Source: Noviherbaspirillum sp. | GTDB lineage: Bacteria > Pseudomonadota > Gammaproteobacteria > Burkholderiales > Burkholderiaceae_D | DNA length: 64,000 nucleotides | Assembly: GCA_035626875.1 (NCBI GenBank) | Contig: DASPMV010000007.1 | Coordinates: 19,848-83,847, forward strand | Reading direction: 5' to 3' | In this document: positions 43,247 through 52,222 of the stretch, one piece after another | How the letters are laid out: each line of letters starts with the position of its first letter | Numbering within the stretch: the stretch's first letter is position 1 | Translations under genes and position numbers: made by a program | The notes under the pieces: generated by a model | The model's database searches: none | Told to the model about the DNA's origin: nothing | The model's input: the letters and a program-made list of their open reading frames with translations, nothing else

Positions 43247-44467
43247 ATGCTGACCGCCACCCGCGCCCCGCAACTCAAGAACGTCCTGATCGCCAGTGGC
43301 CTGGTGCTGACCCTCGCAATGGGCGTGCGGCACGGTTTCGGCTTCTGGCTGCAGCCCATCTCGCAGGCCCATGGCTGGACGCGGGAAACCTATTCGCTGG
43401 CAATGGCATTGCAGAACCTGCTGTGGGGCGCGTTCGGCCCCTTTGCCGGCATGGCAGCCGACCGTTTCGGCACTGCGCGCGTGGTGATCGTGGGCGCCCT
43501 GTTCTACGTCGCCGGCCTGCTGTGGATGGCGACGGTGGCGGAGCCGACGGCGTTCATCGTCGGCTCCGGCGTCCTCATCGGCGCGGCCCTTGCCTGTACC
43601 GCCTTCGGCGCCGTCAGCGGCATCATCGGCCGCACGGCGCCAGAAGCGAAGCGCTCCTGGGCCTTCGGCATTTCCGGCGCGGCAAGCTCCTTCGGGCAGT
43701 TCATGATGATGCCGGTGGAGCAGCATCTGATTTCGGCTACCGGCTGGCAGACCGCCTTCTACATCCTTGCCGGCCTGGTGGCGCTAGTGATGCTGCCGAT
43801 GGCCTTCGGCCTGCGCGAGCTGCCACACCAGAAGGCATCCGGGCCGCAGCAGAGCATGGGCGAAGCGATCCGCGAGGCATTTGCCTACCGTCCCTTCCAG
43901 CTCCTGGTGGCCGGTTATTTTGTGTGCGGTTTCCAGCTCGTGTTCGTCGGCGTGCACATGCCGGCCTACCTGAAGGACAAGGGCATCGCCGATCCGAACG
44001 TGGCGGTGATGGCACTGGCACTGATCGGCCTGTTCAACATTTTCGGCTCTTACTACGCCGGCAAGCTCGGCAGCTTCCTGCCCAAGCGCTACCTGTTGTC
44101 GTCTATCTATCTCGCCCGTGCTGTGGTCATCGGCCTGTTCCTGCTGGCGCCGCTGACGCCGTGGTCGATCTACCTGTTTGCCGCCGCCATCGGCCTGCTG
44201 TGGCTGTCGACCGTGCCGCTCACCAATGGCGTGATCGCCGGTATCTTCGGCGTGAAATACATGTCCATGCTGTCGGGCTTCGTGTTCTTCTCGCACCAGG
44301 TGGGCAGCTTCATCGGCGTGTGGCTGGGCGGCTACCTGTTCACGCGCGACGGCAACTACAACACGGTATGGGGCATCGTCATCGCACTCGGCGTGTTTGC
44401 CGCACTGGTGAACCTGCCGATCAACGAGAAAGCCATTGCGCGCGGCCCGCAACCGGCAACTGCATGA
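43247..44467 (+). CDS. MFS transporter
   Basis: Multi-helix hydrophobic pattern, GMAADRFG motif A, YFVCGFQ. Confidence 0.9.
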   Translation: MLTATRAPQLKNVLIASGLVLTLAMGVRHGFGFWLQPISQAHGWTRETYSLAMALQNLLWGAFGPFAGMAADRFGTARVVIVGALFYVAGLLWMATVAEPTAFIVGSGVLIGAALACTAFGAVSGIIGRTAPEAKRSWAFGISGAASSFGQFMMMPVEQHLISATGWQTAFYILAGLVALVMLPMAFGLRELPHQKASGPQQSMGEAIREAFAYRPFQLLVAGYFVCGFQLVFVGVHMPAYLKDKGIADPNVAVMALALIGLFNIFGSYYAGKLGSFLPKRYLLSSIYLARAVVIGLFLLAPLTPWSIYLFAAAIGLLWLSTVPLTNGVIAGIFGVKYMSMLSGFVFFSHQVGSFIGVWLGGYLFTRDGNYNTVWGIVIALGVFAALVNLPINEKAIARGPQPATA

Positions 44468-44472
44468 ATGTC

Positions 44473-44601
44473 ATGAACGACGGACTGAAACGCTTCCTGC
44501 TCGGCATTGCCATTGCGGCGGTGCTGGCGATCGTGTTCGTCGGCTACCTGCGTCCGTCCTTTATCTTCGACCTCGCCAACCGCATCATCTTATGCTTCTG
44601 A
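44473..44601 (+). CDS. Small single-TM hypothetical protein
   Basis: 42 aa with one hydrophobic helix filling the gap between MFS and aminotransferase; alternative ATG at 44464 overlaps the MFS stop. Confidence 0.6.
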   Translation: MNDGLKRFLLGIAIAAVLAIVFVGYLRPSFIFDLANRIILCF

Positions 44602-45782
44602 ACTCCGCTTCCCTCCCGGCCGCGCGTGCGGCCGTGCAAAACCTCGGCGCATCGCGCATCCGCGAAGTCGCCAACGCCGGTATCGGCCTGCAGGACGTGC
44701 TGCCGTTCTGGTTCGGCGAGCCCGACCAGGAAACGCCGGCCTTCATTCGCGAAGTGGCAAAGCAATCGCTGGACGCGGGCGACACCTTCTACACGCACAA
44801 TTTCGGCATTCCGCCGCTGCGCGAAGCGATTGCGACTTACCTGACCACCCTGCACCGCCCGGTCGACCCCGGCCGCGTGGCGGTCACGTCGTCCGGCGTG
44901 TCGGCGCTGATGCTGCTGTCGCAGCTCATCATCAATCCCGGCGACCGTGTCGTCGCGGTGACGCCGCTATGGCCCAATCTGGTCGAGATCCCGAAGATCC
45001 TCGGCGCCGAAGTCGTGAAAGTACCGCTCCGCTTTGGCAAGACCTGGGAACTCGACGTGCAGCAATTGCTGGAGGCGCTTACACCCGGCACGAAGGCGGT
45101 GCTGATCAATTCGCCGAACAATCCGACCGGCTGGGTGATTGCCAAGGAGCAGCAGGAAATCATTCTGGCGCATTGCCGCAAGCACGGCATCTGGATCCTG
45201 GCGGACGACGTGTACGAGCGCCTGGTGTACGACGGCGCGCCGGGGCAGCGCGCCTGCGCGCCCTCCTTCCTCGACATCGCCGCACCGGAAGACCGCCTCG
45301 TGTCGGCCAACAGCTTTTCGAAGTCCTGGCTGATGACCGGCTGGCGCCTCGGCTGGGTCGTGGCGCCGGAACCGCTGATGGCAGACCTCGGCAAGCTGAT
45401 TGAATACAACACCTCATGCGCGCCCGGCTTCGTGCAGCGCGCAGGCGTTGTCGCCATCGAGCGCGGCGAGGAAATCATCGCGCACACCGTGTCGCGCTAC
45501 CAGGCGGCACGCGACTTCCTGTACGAGCGGCTGAATGCACTGCCCGGCATCACCACGCCGAAACCAAAGGGCGCGATGTACCTGTTCTTCCGCGTCGACG
45601 GCGCGCAGGACACGCTGGCGCTGTGCAAGCGGCTGGTGGTGGAAGCGAAGGTCGGCCTCGCACCTGGCAGTGCATTCGGGCCGGAAGGTGAAGGCTGCGT
45701 CCGCTGGTGCTTTGCGAGTTCGCTGGAGCGGCTGGATGAAGGCGTGAAGCGCTTGTCGGACTTCCTGTCGGCACAACGCTAA
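44592..45782 (+). CDS. Class I PLP-dependent aminotransferase
   Basis: NSPNNPTG, DDVY, SFSKSWLMTGWRLG PLP-lysine motif. Confidence 0.93.
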   Translation: MLLNSASLPAARAAVQNLGASRIREVANAGIGLQDVLPFWFGEPDQETPAFIREVAKQSLDAGDTFYTHNFGIPPLREAIATYLTTLHRPVDPGRVAVTSSGVSALMLLSQLIINPGDRVVAVTPLWPNLVEIPKILGAEVVKVPLRFGKTWELDVQQLLEALTPGTKAVLINSPNNPTGWVIAKEQQEIILAHCRKHGIWILADDVYERLVYDGAPGQRACAPSFLDIAAPEDRLVSANSFSKSWLMTGWRLGWVVAPEPLMADLGKLIEYNTSCAPGFVQRAGVVAIERGEEIIAHTVSRYQAARDFLYERLNALPGITTPKPKGAMYLFFRVDGAQDTLALCKRLVVEAKVGLAPGSAFGPEGEGCVRWCFASSLERLDEGVKRLSDFLSAQR

Positions 45783-46492
45783 CGGCTCTGCTGCGATGGC
45801 AGGGGGCGGCAGGCGCCTGGTGGAAACGCCGCCGACTGCACAGCCAGATAAGTCCACACTACCCACGCTGACCACAGGTTGTGCGACATGAAGTGCGCAC
45901 CGCGCATCATCTGCGACCATCCCATTGCCAAGCCGGCGATGACCGCTGCAGCCAGGCTCAGGCCGGCCGCACGTCCATGCATGTCCCGCCAGGCGAAGTA
46001 GATCGCCATCAAGGCGAACCCACCCGATGCATGCCCGCCGGGGAAGCAGTGTCCCGCCGCGATCCCTTCCGCCAGGAAGCCGAAGAGGCTGTGGAACGGT
46101 GCATAGCCGCCGTATTCCGCAAGATCCCAGGGGCAATGCTGCGTGCTGCCGCGCTTGAGCAGCGATACCAGCAGCGAACTGCCCGCCATCCCCGCGACGA
46201 CCCAGAGCAGGCGGCGCCGGTGGAGTCCCCAATGAGGCAGCAGATAGGTAAGGATGAAAGCGCCGAGCACTGCGAAAGCGATGCCGATGACAAGCAGCTT
46301 CATTCCACTATGCATGACGGTTTGCAGGAGCAGGTCGTCGCGCAAGGGGAAGACATGCCGGGACGCGTCGTAGTAGAGCGCAATCAGCGTACGATCGAGC
46401 GGCGTCGCCTCGAACAGCAAGGCCAGGAACGGAGCCAGCGCCAGCGGCCAGAGCAGGTGCGGGTCGCGGCAGCGCTGGAAGAATGCTGTCAA
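45779..46492 (-). CDS. PAP2-family membrane phosphatase
   Basis: K......CPW, CFPGGHAS, RGAHFMSH motifs. Confidence 0.88.
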   Translation of the reverse strand: MTAFFQRCRDPHLLWPLALAPFLALLFEATPLDRTLIALYYDASRHVFPLRDDLLLQTVMHSGMKLLVIGIAFAVLGAFILTYLLPHWGLHRRRLLWVVAGMAGSSLLVSLLKRGSTQHCPWDLAEYGGYAPFHSLFGFLAEGIAAGHCFPGGHASGGFALMAIYFAWRDMHGRAAGLSLAAAVIAGLAMGWSQMMRGAHFMSHNLWSAWVVWTYLAVQSAAFPPGACRPLPSQQSR

Positions 46493-48399
46493 GGCAGGTT
46501 GCGGTACAGACCGCCCTTGTACAGCTCGGCCGCACCCTGGTAATAAGCGATCGCCTCGCGCAACAGGGACTGGTCCACGGGAATACTCGTCAGGCGGGAC
46601 TCGCCATCCACGCGATACGCCGCCACCTGCCGCTTCGGCCGCAGCACGGTGAGAACGTTTTTCTTCAGGTAGCCAAGCGCCTGGTAATTGCTGATGAATG
46701 CGCGGTCATCCTCCTCGGGCGTGTTCAGGATGTCCCGCCCAAGGAAGCGTGTCGGGTAGCTGAAATCGAGCAGCCCGAGCAGCGTCGGCCCGGCATCGAT
46801 CTGGCTGGCCAGTCGGTCCACCTTGCCTGGCCGGATATGTGCAGGTGCGTAGACGATCATCGGGATGTGGTAGCGCTCGACGGGCAGTTCGGTCTTGCCT
46901 GCACTGGATGCGCAGTGGTCCGCCACGATGACGAACACGGTGTCGTGGAACCATGCCTTGCTTCGGGCGCGTTCGAAAAAGCGGCCGATGGCATAGTCAG
47001 TGTACTTCACCCCACCTTCGCGGCCGGTATGCGAGGGGATGTCGATGCGTCCGTCGGGATAAGTGAAGGGCCGGTGGTTGGAGGTGGTCATCACATGCGT
47101 GAAGGACGGCTTGCCCGCGCGGAAGGATTCGTCGATCTCATCCAGCACCTGGTCGAACAGCGCCTCGTCTGCAACACCCCATATATTTTCGAAAGGGATG
47201 CGTTCGGACGGAATCGACACGCGGTCGACCACACGATAACCATTGTTGCCAAAGAATGCGTTCATGTTGTCGAAATAGCCGTAGCCGCCATACGCATAAC
47301 GCACGTCATAACCCTTGCCCTGGAAGACGCTGCCGAGCGAGAACATGTGCGCGTTGTCGGGTCGCTTCACGATCGATTGTCCCGGCGTCGGCGGCAGCGA
47401 CAGCGTCAACGCCTCCAGCCCCCGAACCGTTCGCGTTCCCGTCGCATACAGGCGGGTGAACAGCAAACCTTCATTGGCGAGACGGTCGAGGTTCGGCGTC
47501 AGGTTCCGGCGATTGCCGAAGGCGGCAAGGAAGTCCGCCGACAGGCTTTCGACGGAAATCAGTACGACATTGAGACGCTTCTCCGGAGCCGGCGACTTCA
47601 CGGCGCGCGGCTGCTCGATGCGGGTGGTATCGGGGGCAACCAGATGCCCGAGCGTGCGAAATACTTCGCCCGTCGGCAGCGTTTTGTAAAAGCGTGCGTA
47701 GTCGAGTTCATTGTTGCGGAAAGCAGCGGCGAAGCTGTACAGGCCGTTCACGGCCAGCTCGCCGTTGTACTGGTTCCTGAATGCTTCGGTGGAGAGCAGG
47801 CCACTGCAGAGCCAGCCGGCGAATATAGCGACACTCCAGGAGAGGACCTGGCGCACGCGACGCGCAAAGGGGTCGGTGACGGCAAGCACTGCCACCAGCG
47901 TCTTCCTCGCAAAGAACAGGAGTGCGGCCGTGAGCACCAGCAGCGCACCAAGGATTTTCCCGACCGGATAGGATTCCCGGATATTGCCAATCACTTCATG
48001 GGTATAGACGAGGTAGTCGACGGCGATGAAGTTGTAGCGCACGCCAAACTCCTGCCAGAACAGGACTTCGGCGACCAGATTGAACAGAAGCAGGTATATG
48101 GCGATTGCAAGCACTGCCGCCTTCAACGCACCAGAGAACGGGCGCAAGAACCTTGCCTGCGGCAGGACAAGATGCAGGAACAGCACAGGAATGATTGCCC
48201 ACAAGCCAGCGGCAATATCGTATGCGAATCCAAGCGCAAGACTTCCCGGAACAGCCGCCCAGTCCACATCTCCCGCCGCCCCCGCCAACAGCGCGAGACG
48301 GGTGGCACATGACGCGACCAGGAAGACAAAAAACAAGAGCAAGGGCATGCTGCCGAAACGGCGTTGCAGTCCTGCCCGCGCATGGGAAATGAATGACAT
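46489..48399 (-). CDS. LTA synthase-like / sulfatase-family membrane transferase
   Basis: N-terminal TM helices; VESLS, GTRTVRG catalytic Thr, TTSNHRP, ADH. Confidence 0.9.
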   Translation of the reverse strand: MSFISHARAGLQRRFGSMPLLLFFVFLVASCATRLALLAGAAGDVDWAAVPGSLALGFAYDIAAGLWAIIPVLFLHLVLPQARFLRPFSGALKAAVLAIAIYLLLFNLVAEVLFWQEFGVRYNFIAVDYLVYTHEVIGNIRESYPVGKILGALLVLTAALLFFARKTLVAVLAVTDPFARRVRQVLSWSVAIFAGWLCSGLLSTEAFRNQYNGELAVNGLYSFAAAFRNNELDYARFYKTLPTGEVFRTLGHLVAPDTTRIEQPRAVKSPAPEKRLNVVLISVESLSADFLAAFGNRRNLTPNLDRLANEGLLFTRLYATGTRTVRGLEALTLSLPPTPGQSIVKRPDNAHMFSLGSVFQGKGYDVRYAYGGYGYFDNMNAFFGNNGYRVVDRVSIPSERIPFENIWGVADEALFDQVLDEIDESFRAGKPSFTHVMTTSNHRPFTYPDGRIDIPSHTGREGGVKYTDYAIGRFFERARSKAWFHDTVFVIVADHCASSAGKTELPVERYHIPMIVYAPAHIRPGKVDRLASQIDAGPTLLGLLDFSYPTRFLGRDILNTPEEDDRAFISNYQALGYLKKNVLTVLRPKRQVAAYRVDGESRLTSIPVDQSLLREAIAYYQGAAELYKGGLYRNLP

Positions 48400-48463
48400 C
48401 CGCAAGTCCTCCAAAAGTGACGTGCGGAGTATAGGAAGGCGGATGTGTAGGCCGGATCGGTTT

Positions 48464-48481
48464 TTTGTGAAGGATTTGTGA
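48464..48481 (-). promoter_or_regulatory. OmpR-family (ColR-like) direct-repeat box
   Basis: Minus strand TCACAAA-TCCT-TCACAAA (11-bp period) upstream of a TATACT -10 (48428-48433). Confidence 0.6.
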
Positions 48482-48507
48482 TGACCGGTGCAGCCGCTTG
48501 ACCGAGG

Positions 48508-49776
48508 TCAATTATGGAAGCAAACGGTCACGCGCGTACCCGGCTGCGCATCACCTCCGGCTGCGCGGCTGTCAATGCTGCATGTCCAGCCGTGGGCGTC
48601 GCAGACGCGCTTCACAATGGACAGGCCAAGACCCATTCCGCCCGGCGTGTCGCTGGCGCGGTAATGCCGTTCAAACACACGGGCAGCATGTTCCGGCGGT
48701 ATCCCGGGTCCTGTGTCCGATACCGTCAGTTCGCCGTTCACACAATCCACGACGATCTTTCCCTGCGTGGTATAGCGCGCCGCATTGCCGATCAGGTTGT
48801 CGAGCAGCAGTTGCAGGAGCGAGGCGTCGGCATCCACCGTCTCGTGCTCCGCAATGTCGTTATCGATGCGCACGCCACGCTCGGCGCAGGCATGACGCAC
48901 GGGCGCGATCGCGGCTTCCACGTGCTTTTTCAGCTCGAGCGGCTTGCGTTCATCAAGCGTCAGTTCGCGCGCCAGGAAAAGCAAGCCGCGCAGACGGGAT
49001 TCCATCGCATCCACGGAAGATATGATGCGATCCGCCCGCTCCTTGCCACGCCCGGACAATGCGGCGTCTTCTGCCAGCAGCTCGGCGCTCGTGCGGATGC
49101 GGGTGAGCGGCGTGCGCAATTCGTGGCTGACGTTGGCCGTAAACTCGCGCTCGCGCTCCAGCAGCTCTCGATTCCGCTGCCGGTAGTGGTCGAGCGCTTC
49201 CGCGAGCAGCGCCACTTCGCGGTCCAGTCCCGGCGCATTCAGGGCCGTCTCGTCGTTGCGCTTCAGGCGCTGCGTGATGCTCTCCAGCTGGTGAAGCACA
49301 CGCCCGGCAAGCCAGTAACCGAGCCAGAGCGATGCGAGGCTCAGTACCGCGAGCCCGATGATCAGCTTCCATTCCAGCTGTTCGAGCCTGGCCTCGTGCT
49401 CGCTGGCGTCGTACATCAGGAACAGGCGCTCGCCGCCGCTGTCACGGATGCCGACGTGGTACTCGGTCTCGCCCGCGTACCACTCATGGATACCGGCCGG
49501 AAGCGTCGCGTACTGTTCGGGCAGCTCGGACGGCTGCTGGCCGCGCGCAAGGCGGAAGAACTTCATGCGCTGCGGCGCGGCGGGCAGCTCCTCCAGGCCG
49601 AGGGGTGTGCCGGGTTGGCGCAACTGGCTCTCGAGCGCGGCGTTGACCACCTCGTTGATCATGTCCTCTTCCTGCTCCTCGGTGCTGACAAACAATGCCA
49701 CGGCCTGGATCAGGACGGCGAAGGTCGAAAGCAGCGTAAAGGTCCAGGCGAGGCGCCAGCGCAGGCTATTGATCAT
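48508..49776 (-). CDS. Sensor histidine kinase (ColS-like)
   Basis: Two TM helices, EQEE acidic patch, FTANVSHELRTPL, GMGLGLSIV. Confidence 0.92.
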   Translation of the reverse strand: MINSLRWRLAWTFTLLSTFAVLIQAVALFVSTEEQEEDMINEVVNAALESQLRQPGTPLGLEELPAAPQRMKFFRLARGQQPSELPEQYATLPAGIHEWYAGETEYHVGIRDSGGERLFLMYDASEHEARLEQLEWKLIIGLAVLSLASLWLGYWLAGRVLHQLESITQRLKRNDETALNAPGLDREVALLAEALDHYRQRNRELLEREREFTANVSHELRTPLTRIRTSAELLAEDAALSGRGKERADRIISSVDAMESRLRGLLFLARELTLDERKPLELKKHVEAAIAPVRHACAERGVRIDNDIAEHETVDADASLLQLLLDNLIGNAARYTTQGKIVVDCVNGELTVSDTGPGIPPEHAARVFERHYRASDTPGGMGLGLSIVKRVCDAHGWTCSIDSRAAGGDAQPGTRVTVCFHN

Positions 49777-50449
49777 CGGGATTCACCAGGCGATAGCCTC
49801 GGCCGTGTACAGTCTCGATCATGTTTTTCCCGTCGGGGAGCGCCAGTTCGCGCCGCAGCTGGGACAGGTGGCTGCGCAGGGTGTCGCTGCTGGCCTGTTG
49901 CTGTCCCCACACCGCCTGCTCCAGCTCCTCCCGTGTAAAGAGTCGGCCTGGCTGTCGCAGCAGGGTGACGAGGAGGTTCAGGCTTTTTGGTGACAGCTTC
50001 AGCGGCTTTCCCTGCCAGGTTGCGTTACCTGAAAACGGATCGTAGGAAAGTGCCCCCAGCCGCATGGCGGCATCGACCACCCTGCCCTGCGCACGCTTTA
50101 CCAGTGCCTGTATGCGCGCATCCACTTCCTTGAGTGAAAACGGTTTCACCAGATAGTCATCGGCGCCGGCATCGAAACCGGCAAGCTTGTCGTCAAGCGC
50201 GTCGCGCGCGGTGAGCATGAGAATGGGAATGCTCATCCTTGCATCGCCGCGGATTCGCCTTGCCAGGGTCAATCCGTCCATCCCCGGCAGGCCCAGGTCC
50301 AGCACGACGGCGTCGAAACGCTCCGTCGTCAGCAGGTGCAGCGCGGCCAATCCATTGGGCGCCGCGTCCACCTCGTAACCCCTGGCGGACAGATAGTCGT
50401 ACAGGTTGCCGGCGATGTCGGCATCGTCCTCGGCGATCAGGATCCGCAT
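49766..50449 (-). CDS. OmpR-family response regulator (ColR-like)
   Basis: ILIAEDD, LDLGLP, GADDYLVKPF, ETVHGRGY. Confidence 0.94.
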   Translation of the reverse strand: MRILIAEDDADIAGNLYDYLSARGYEVDAAPNGLAALHLLTTERFDAVVLDLGLPGMDGLTLARRIRGDARMSIPILMLTARDALDDKLAGFDAGADDYLVKPFSLKEVDARIQALVKRAQGRVVDAAMRLGALSYDPFSGNATWQGKPLKLSPKSLNLLVTLLRQPGRLFTREELEQAVWGQQQASSDTLRSHLSQLRRELALPDGKNMIETVHGRGYRLVNPDDQ

Positions 50450-50455
50450 GACAAG

Positions 50456-51154
50456 TTACACCGAGCGCGTAATGCCGCCGTCTACCCGCAGGTTCTGGCC
50501 GGTGATATATCCGGCGTCCGCCGACAACAGGAAGGCGACTGTCTTCGCGATTTCCTCTTTCGTCCCCTGCCGCCCCATGGGAATCTGCGAAACCGTGGCC
50601 TCGTTCTGCGCGATCGAGTCCACGTAGCCCGGAAGCACGTTGTTGATGCGGATGTTCGACTTCGCCACCTCGTCCGCATAGATCTTCGTGAAGCTGCCGA
50701 GCGCCGCGCGCAGGGTTGCCGAGATCGGGAAGCGGGCCGAAGGCTCGTAGGCAGCAAAGGTGGAGATGTTGACGATCGCCCCGCCGCCCTGCGCCTGCAT
50801 TACTGGCGTCACCAGTCGTGCCATGCGCACCACGTTCAGGAGCAGCAGATCGAGGCCGGCGTGCCAGTCAGCGTCGGTGAGCTCCAGCAGCGGTCCTTTC
50901 TTCGGATGGCCGGTGTTGTTGACCACCGCATCGATGCGGCCGTGCGCATCCATGGCGAGCTGGACCAGCTTCTGCAGGTCGTCCGCATTGTCGCTCGATC
51001 CTTGCAATGCTTTCCCGCCGAGTTCCTGCGCCAGTTCGTGGATGTCCTCCGAGCGGGACATCAGCACCAGTTTGTACCCGCGTGCGGCCAGTTCACGTGC
51101 GCACGCAGCGCCCATGCCGCGCGAGGCGGCGGTAATCAGTGCAACCTTGTCCAT
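50456..51154 (-). CDS. SDR family oxidoreductase
   Basis: TAASRGMG, VVNNTG, ITGQNLRVDGG; catalytic YxxxK atypical. Confidence 0.9.
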   Translation of the reverse strand: MDKVALITAASRGMGAACARELAARGYKLVLMSRSEDIHELAQELGGKALQGSSDNADDLQKLVQLAMDAHGRIDAVVNNTGHPKKGPLLELTDADWHAGLDLLLLNVVRMARLVTPVMQAQGGGAIVNISTFAAYEPSARFPISATLRAALGSFTKIYADEVAKSNIRINNVLPGYVDSIAQNEATVSQIPMGRQGTKEEIAKTVAFLLSADAGYITGQNLRVDGGITRSV

Positions 51155-51222
51155 GGATCCAATCCCTCCTTGAAACGACGGCACATCATATCAAGCACTA
51201 TCCCCTGCCGTACAATAACCGC

Positions 51223-51438
51223 ATGGAGATCCCCCTTCCCGAACTCGAACAGGCCATCAATTACTGGCGTTCGCTGCGTCCGTCGACCGGCGAGGAGTGT
51301 GCACTCTCGCCTGAAGTCAACGCACTGGCCGATGTCTACGCAATGATGATTTACACCAGGAGCCATTCGGTGCCATTTGCGCAGCTTGGGCAGGCGGCCC
51401 AGCAACTGGTCGACGTTTGGCGCAGCCAGAAAAGCTAG
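51223..51438 (+). CDS. DUF3717 family protein
   Basis: ELEQAINYWR..RPS..E..ALADVYAMMI signature. Confidence 0.8.
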   Translation: MEIPLPELEQAINYWRSLRPSTGEECALSPEVNALADVYAMMIYTRSHSVPFAQLGQAAQQLVDVWRSQKS

Positions 51439-51475
51439 CTCCACAGCAACACGTACCGGATTTTTTCCGGAACCG

Positions 51476-51502
51476 TGTCACGTTTCCCCCGCCTGACTCG
51501 TC
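51476..51502 (+). promoter_or_regulatory. ECF41 (SigJ)-type promoter
   Basis: TGTCACG-N16-CGTC, versus the ECF41 consensus TGTCACA-N16-CGTC. Confidence 0.7.
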
Positions 51503-51536
51503 TTGTCAGCAAGACCCACTCAACGACGAGGAAAAC

Positions 51537-51974
51537 ATGCGCATCCTCCAAGGCGCCCGGCTGCTGCTGGCGCTCATCCTGGCGGCCAACGGCCTGGCCA
51601 TGCTTGCCGCTCCGCATTTCTGGTACCAGACCACGCCCGGCGTGACCGGCGCCGGACCGCTCAACGTCCATTTCGTGCGCGACATCGGCGCCTACCTGGT
51701 TGCCGCCGGCGGATTCCCGTGGATGTGGAAAGATTGGCAGGCATGGCGCGCCGCGCTTGCCGGGACCGCCTTCCTGGCAATTCATGCACTGATCCATCTC
51801 GGCGAGATGCTCACGGGCGGCTTCGACCTGCACCACCTGGTGCGTGACCTGCCGGGCGTCTTCCTTCTTCCGGTTTTCGCCCTCTGGCTTTCCCTTCCCT
51901 CTACCAAGGAGAACACCCATGCTGAAATGGTTCGCCCGACGCCAATGCTCGGCTCGATGGTGGTGGACGGGTGA
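51537..51974 (+). CDS. Membrane protein of an ECF41 locus
   Basis: GAGGA RBS; about four TM helices; GPLNVHFVRDIG motif. Confidence 0.65.
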   Translation: MRILQGARLLLALILAANGLAMLAAPHFWYQTTPGVTGAGPLNVHFVRDIGAYLVAAGGFPWMWKDWQAWRAALAGTAFLAIHALIHLGEMLTGGFDLHHLVRDLPGVFLLPVFALWLSLPSTKENTHAEMVRPTPMLGSMVVDG

Positions 51975-52222
51975 CGGCATTGCCTAAACCGCTTGCCGGC
52001 AACGAGATCATTGCCAAAGTGCTGGTTGGTTTCGCGCGTTTCTACAATCTCGTGGAGCACCGGACGCGGCCGGCGCGTGTCAACGGCCTGCCGGGATTCG
52101 TCCTCTCGACGGTGCAGGGCGAGCTGATTCAGACCATCGCGCTTGAACCGGATTCGCATGGCCTGATCAGGGCGATTTACGTCGTGCGCAATCCGGAGAA
52201 ACTGCAGCGCGTCTCGCCGTAA
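51919..52222 (+). pseudogene. Deletion remnant: short gene start joined out of frame to the 3' end of an ECF41/SigJ sigma factor
   Basis: AAGGAG-ATG MLKWFARR stops after 22 codons; another frame from 51956 reads DGGGRV...VNGLPG...IYVVRNPEKL. Confidence 0.75.
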
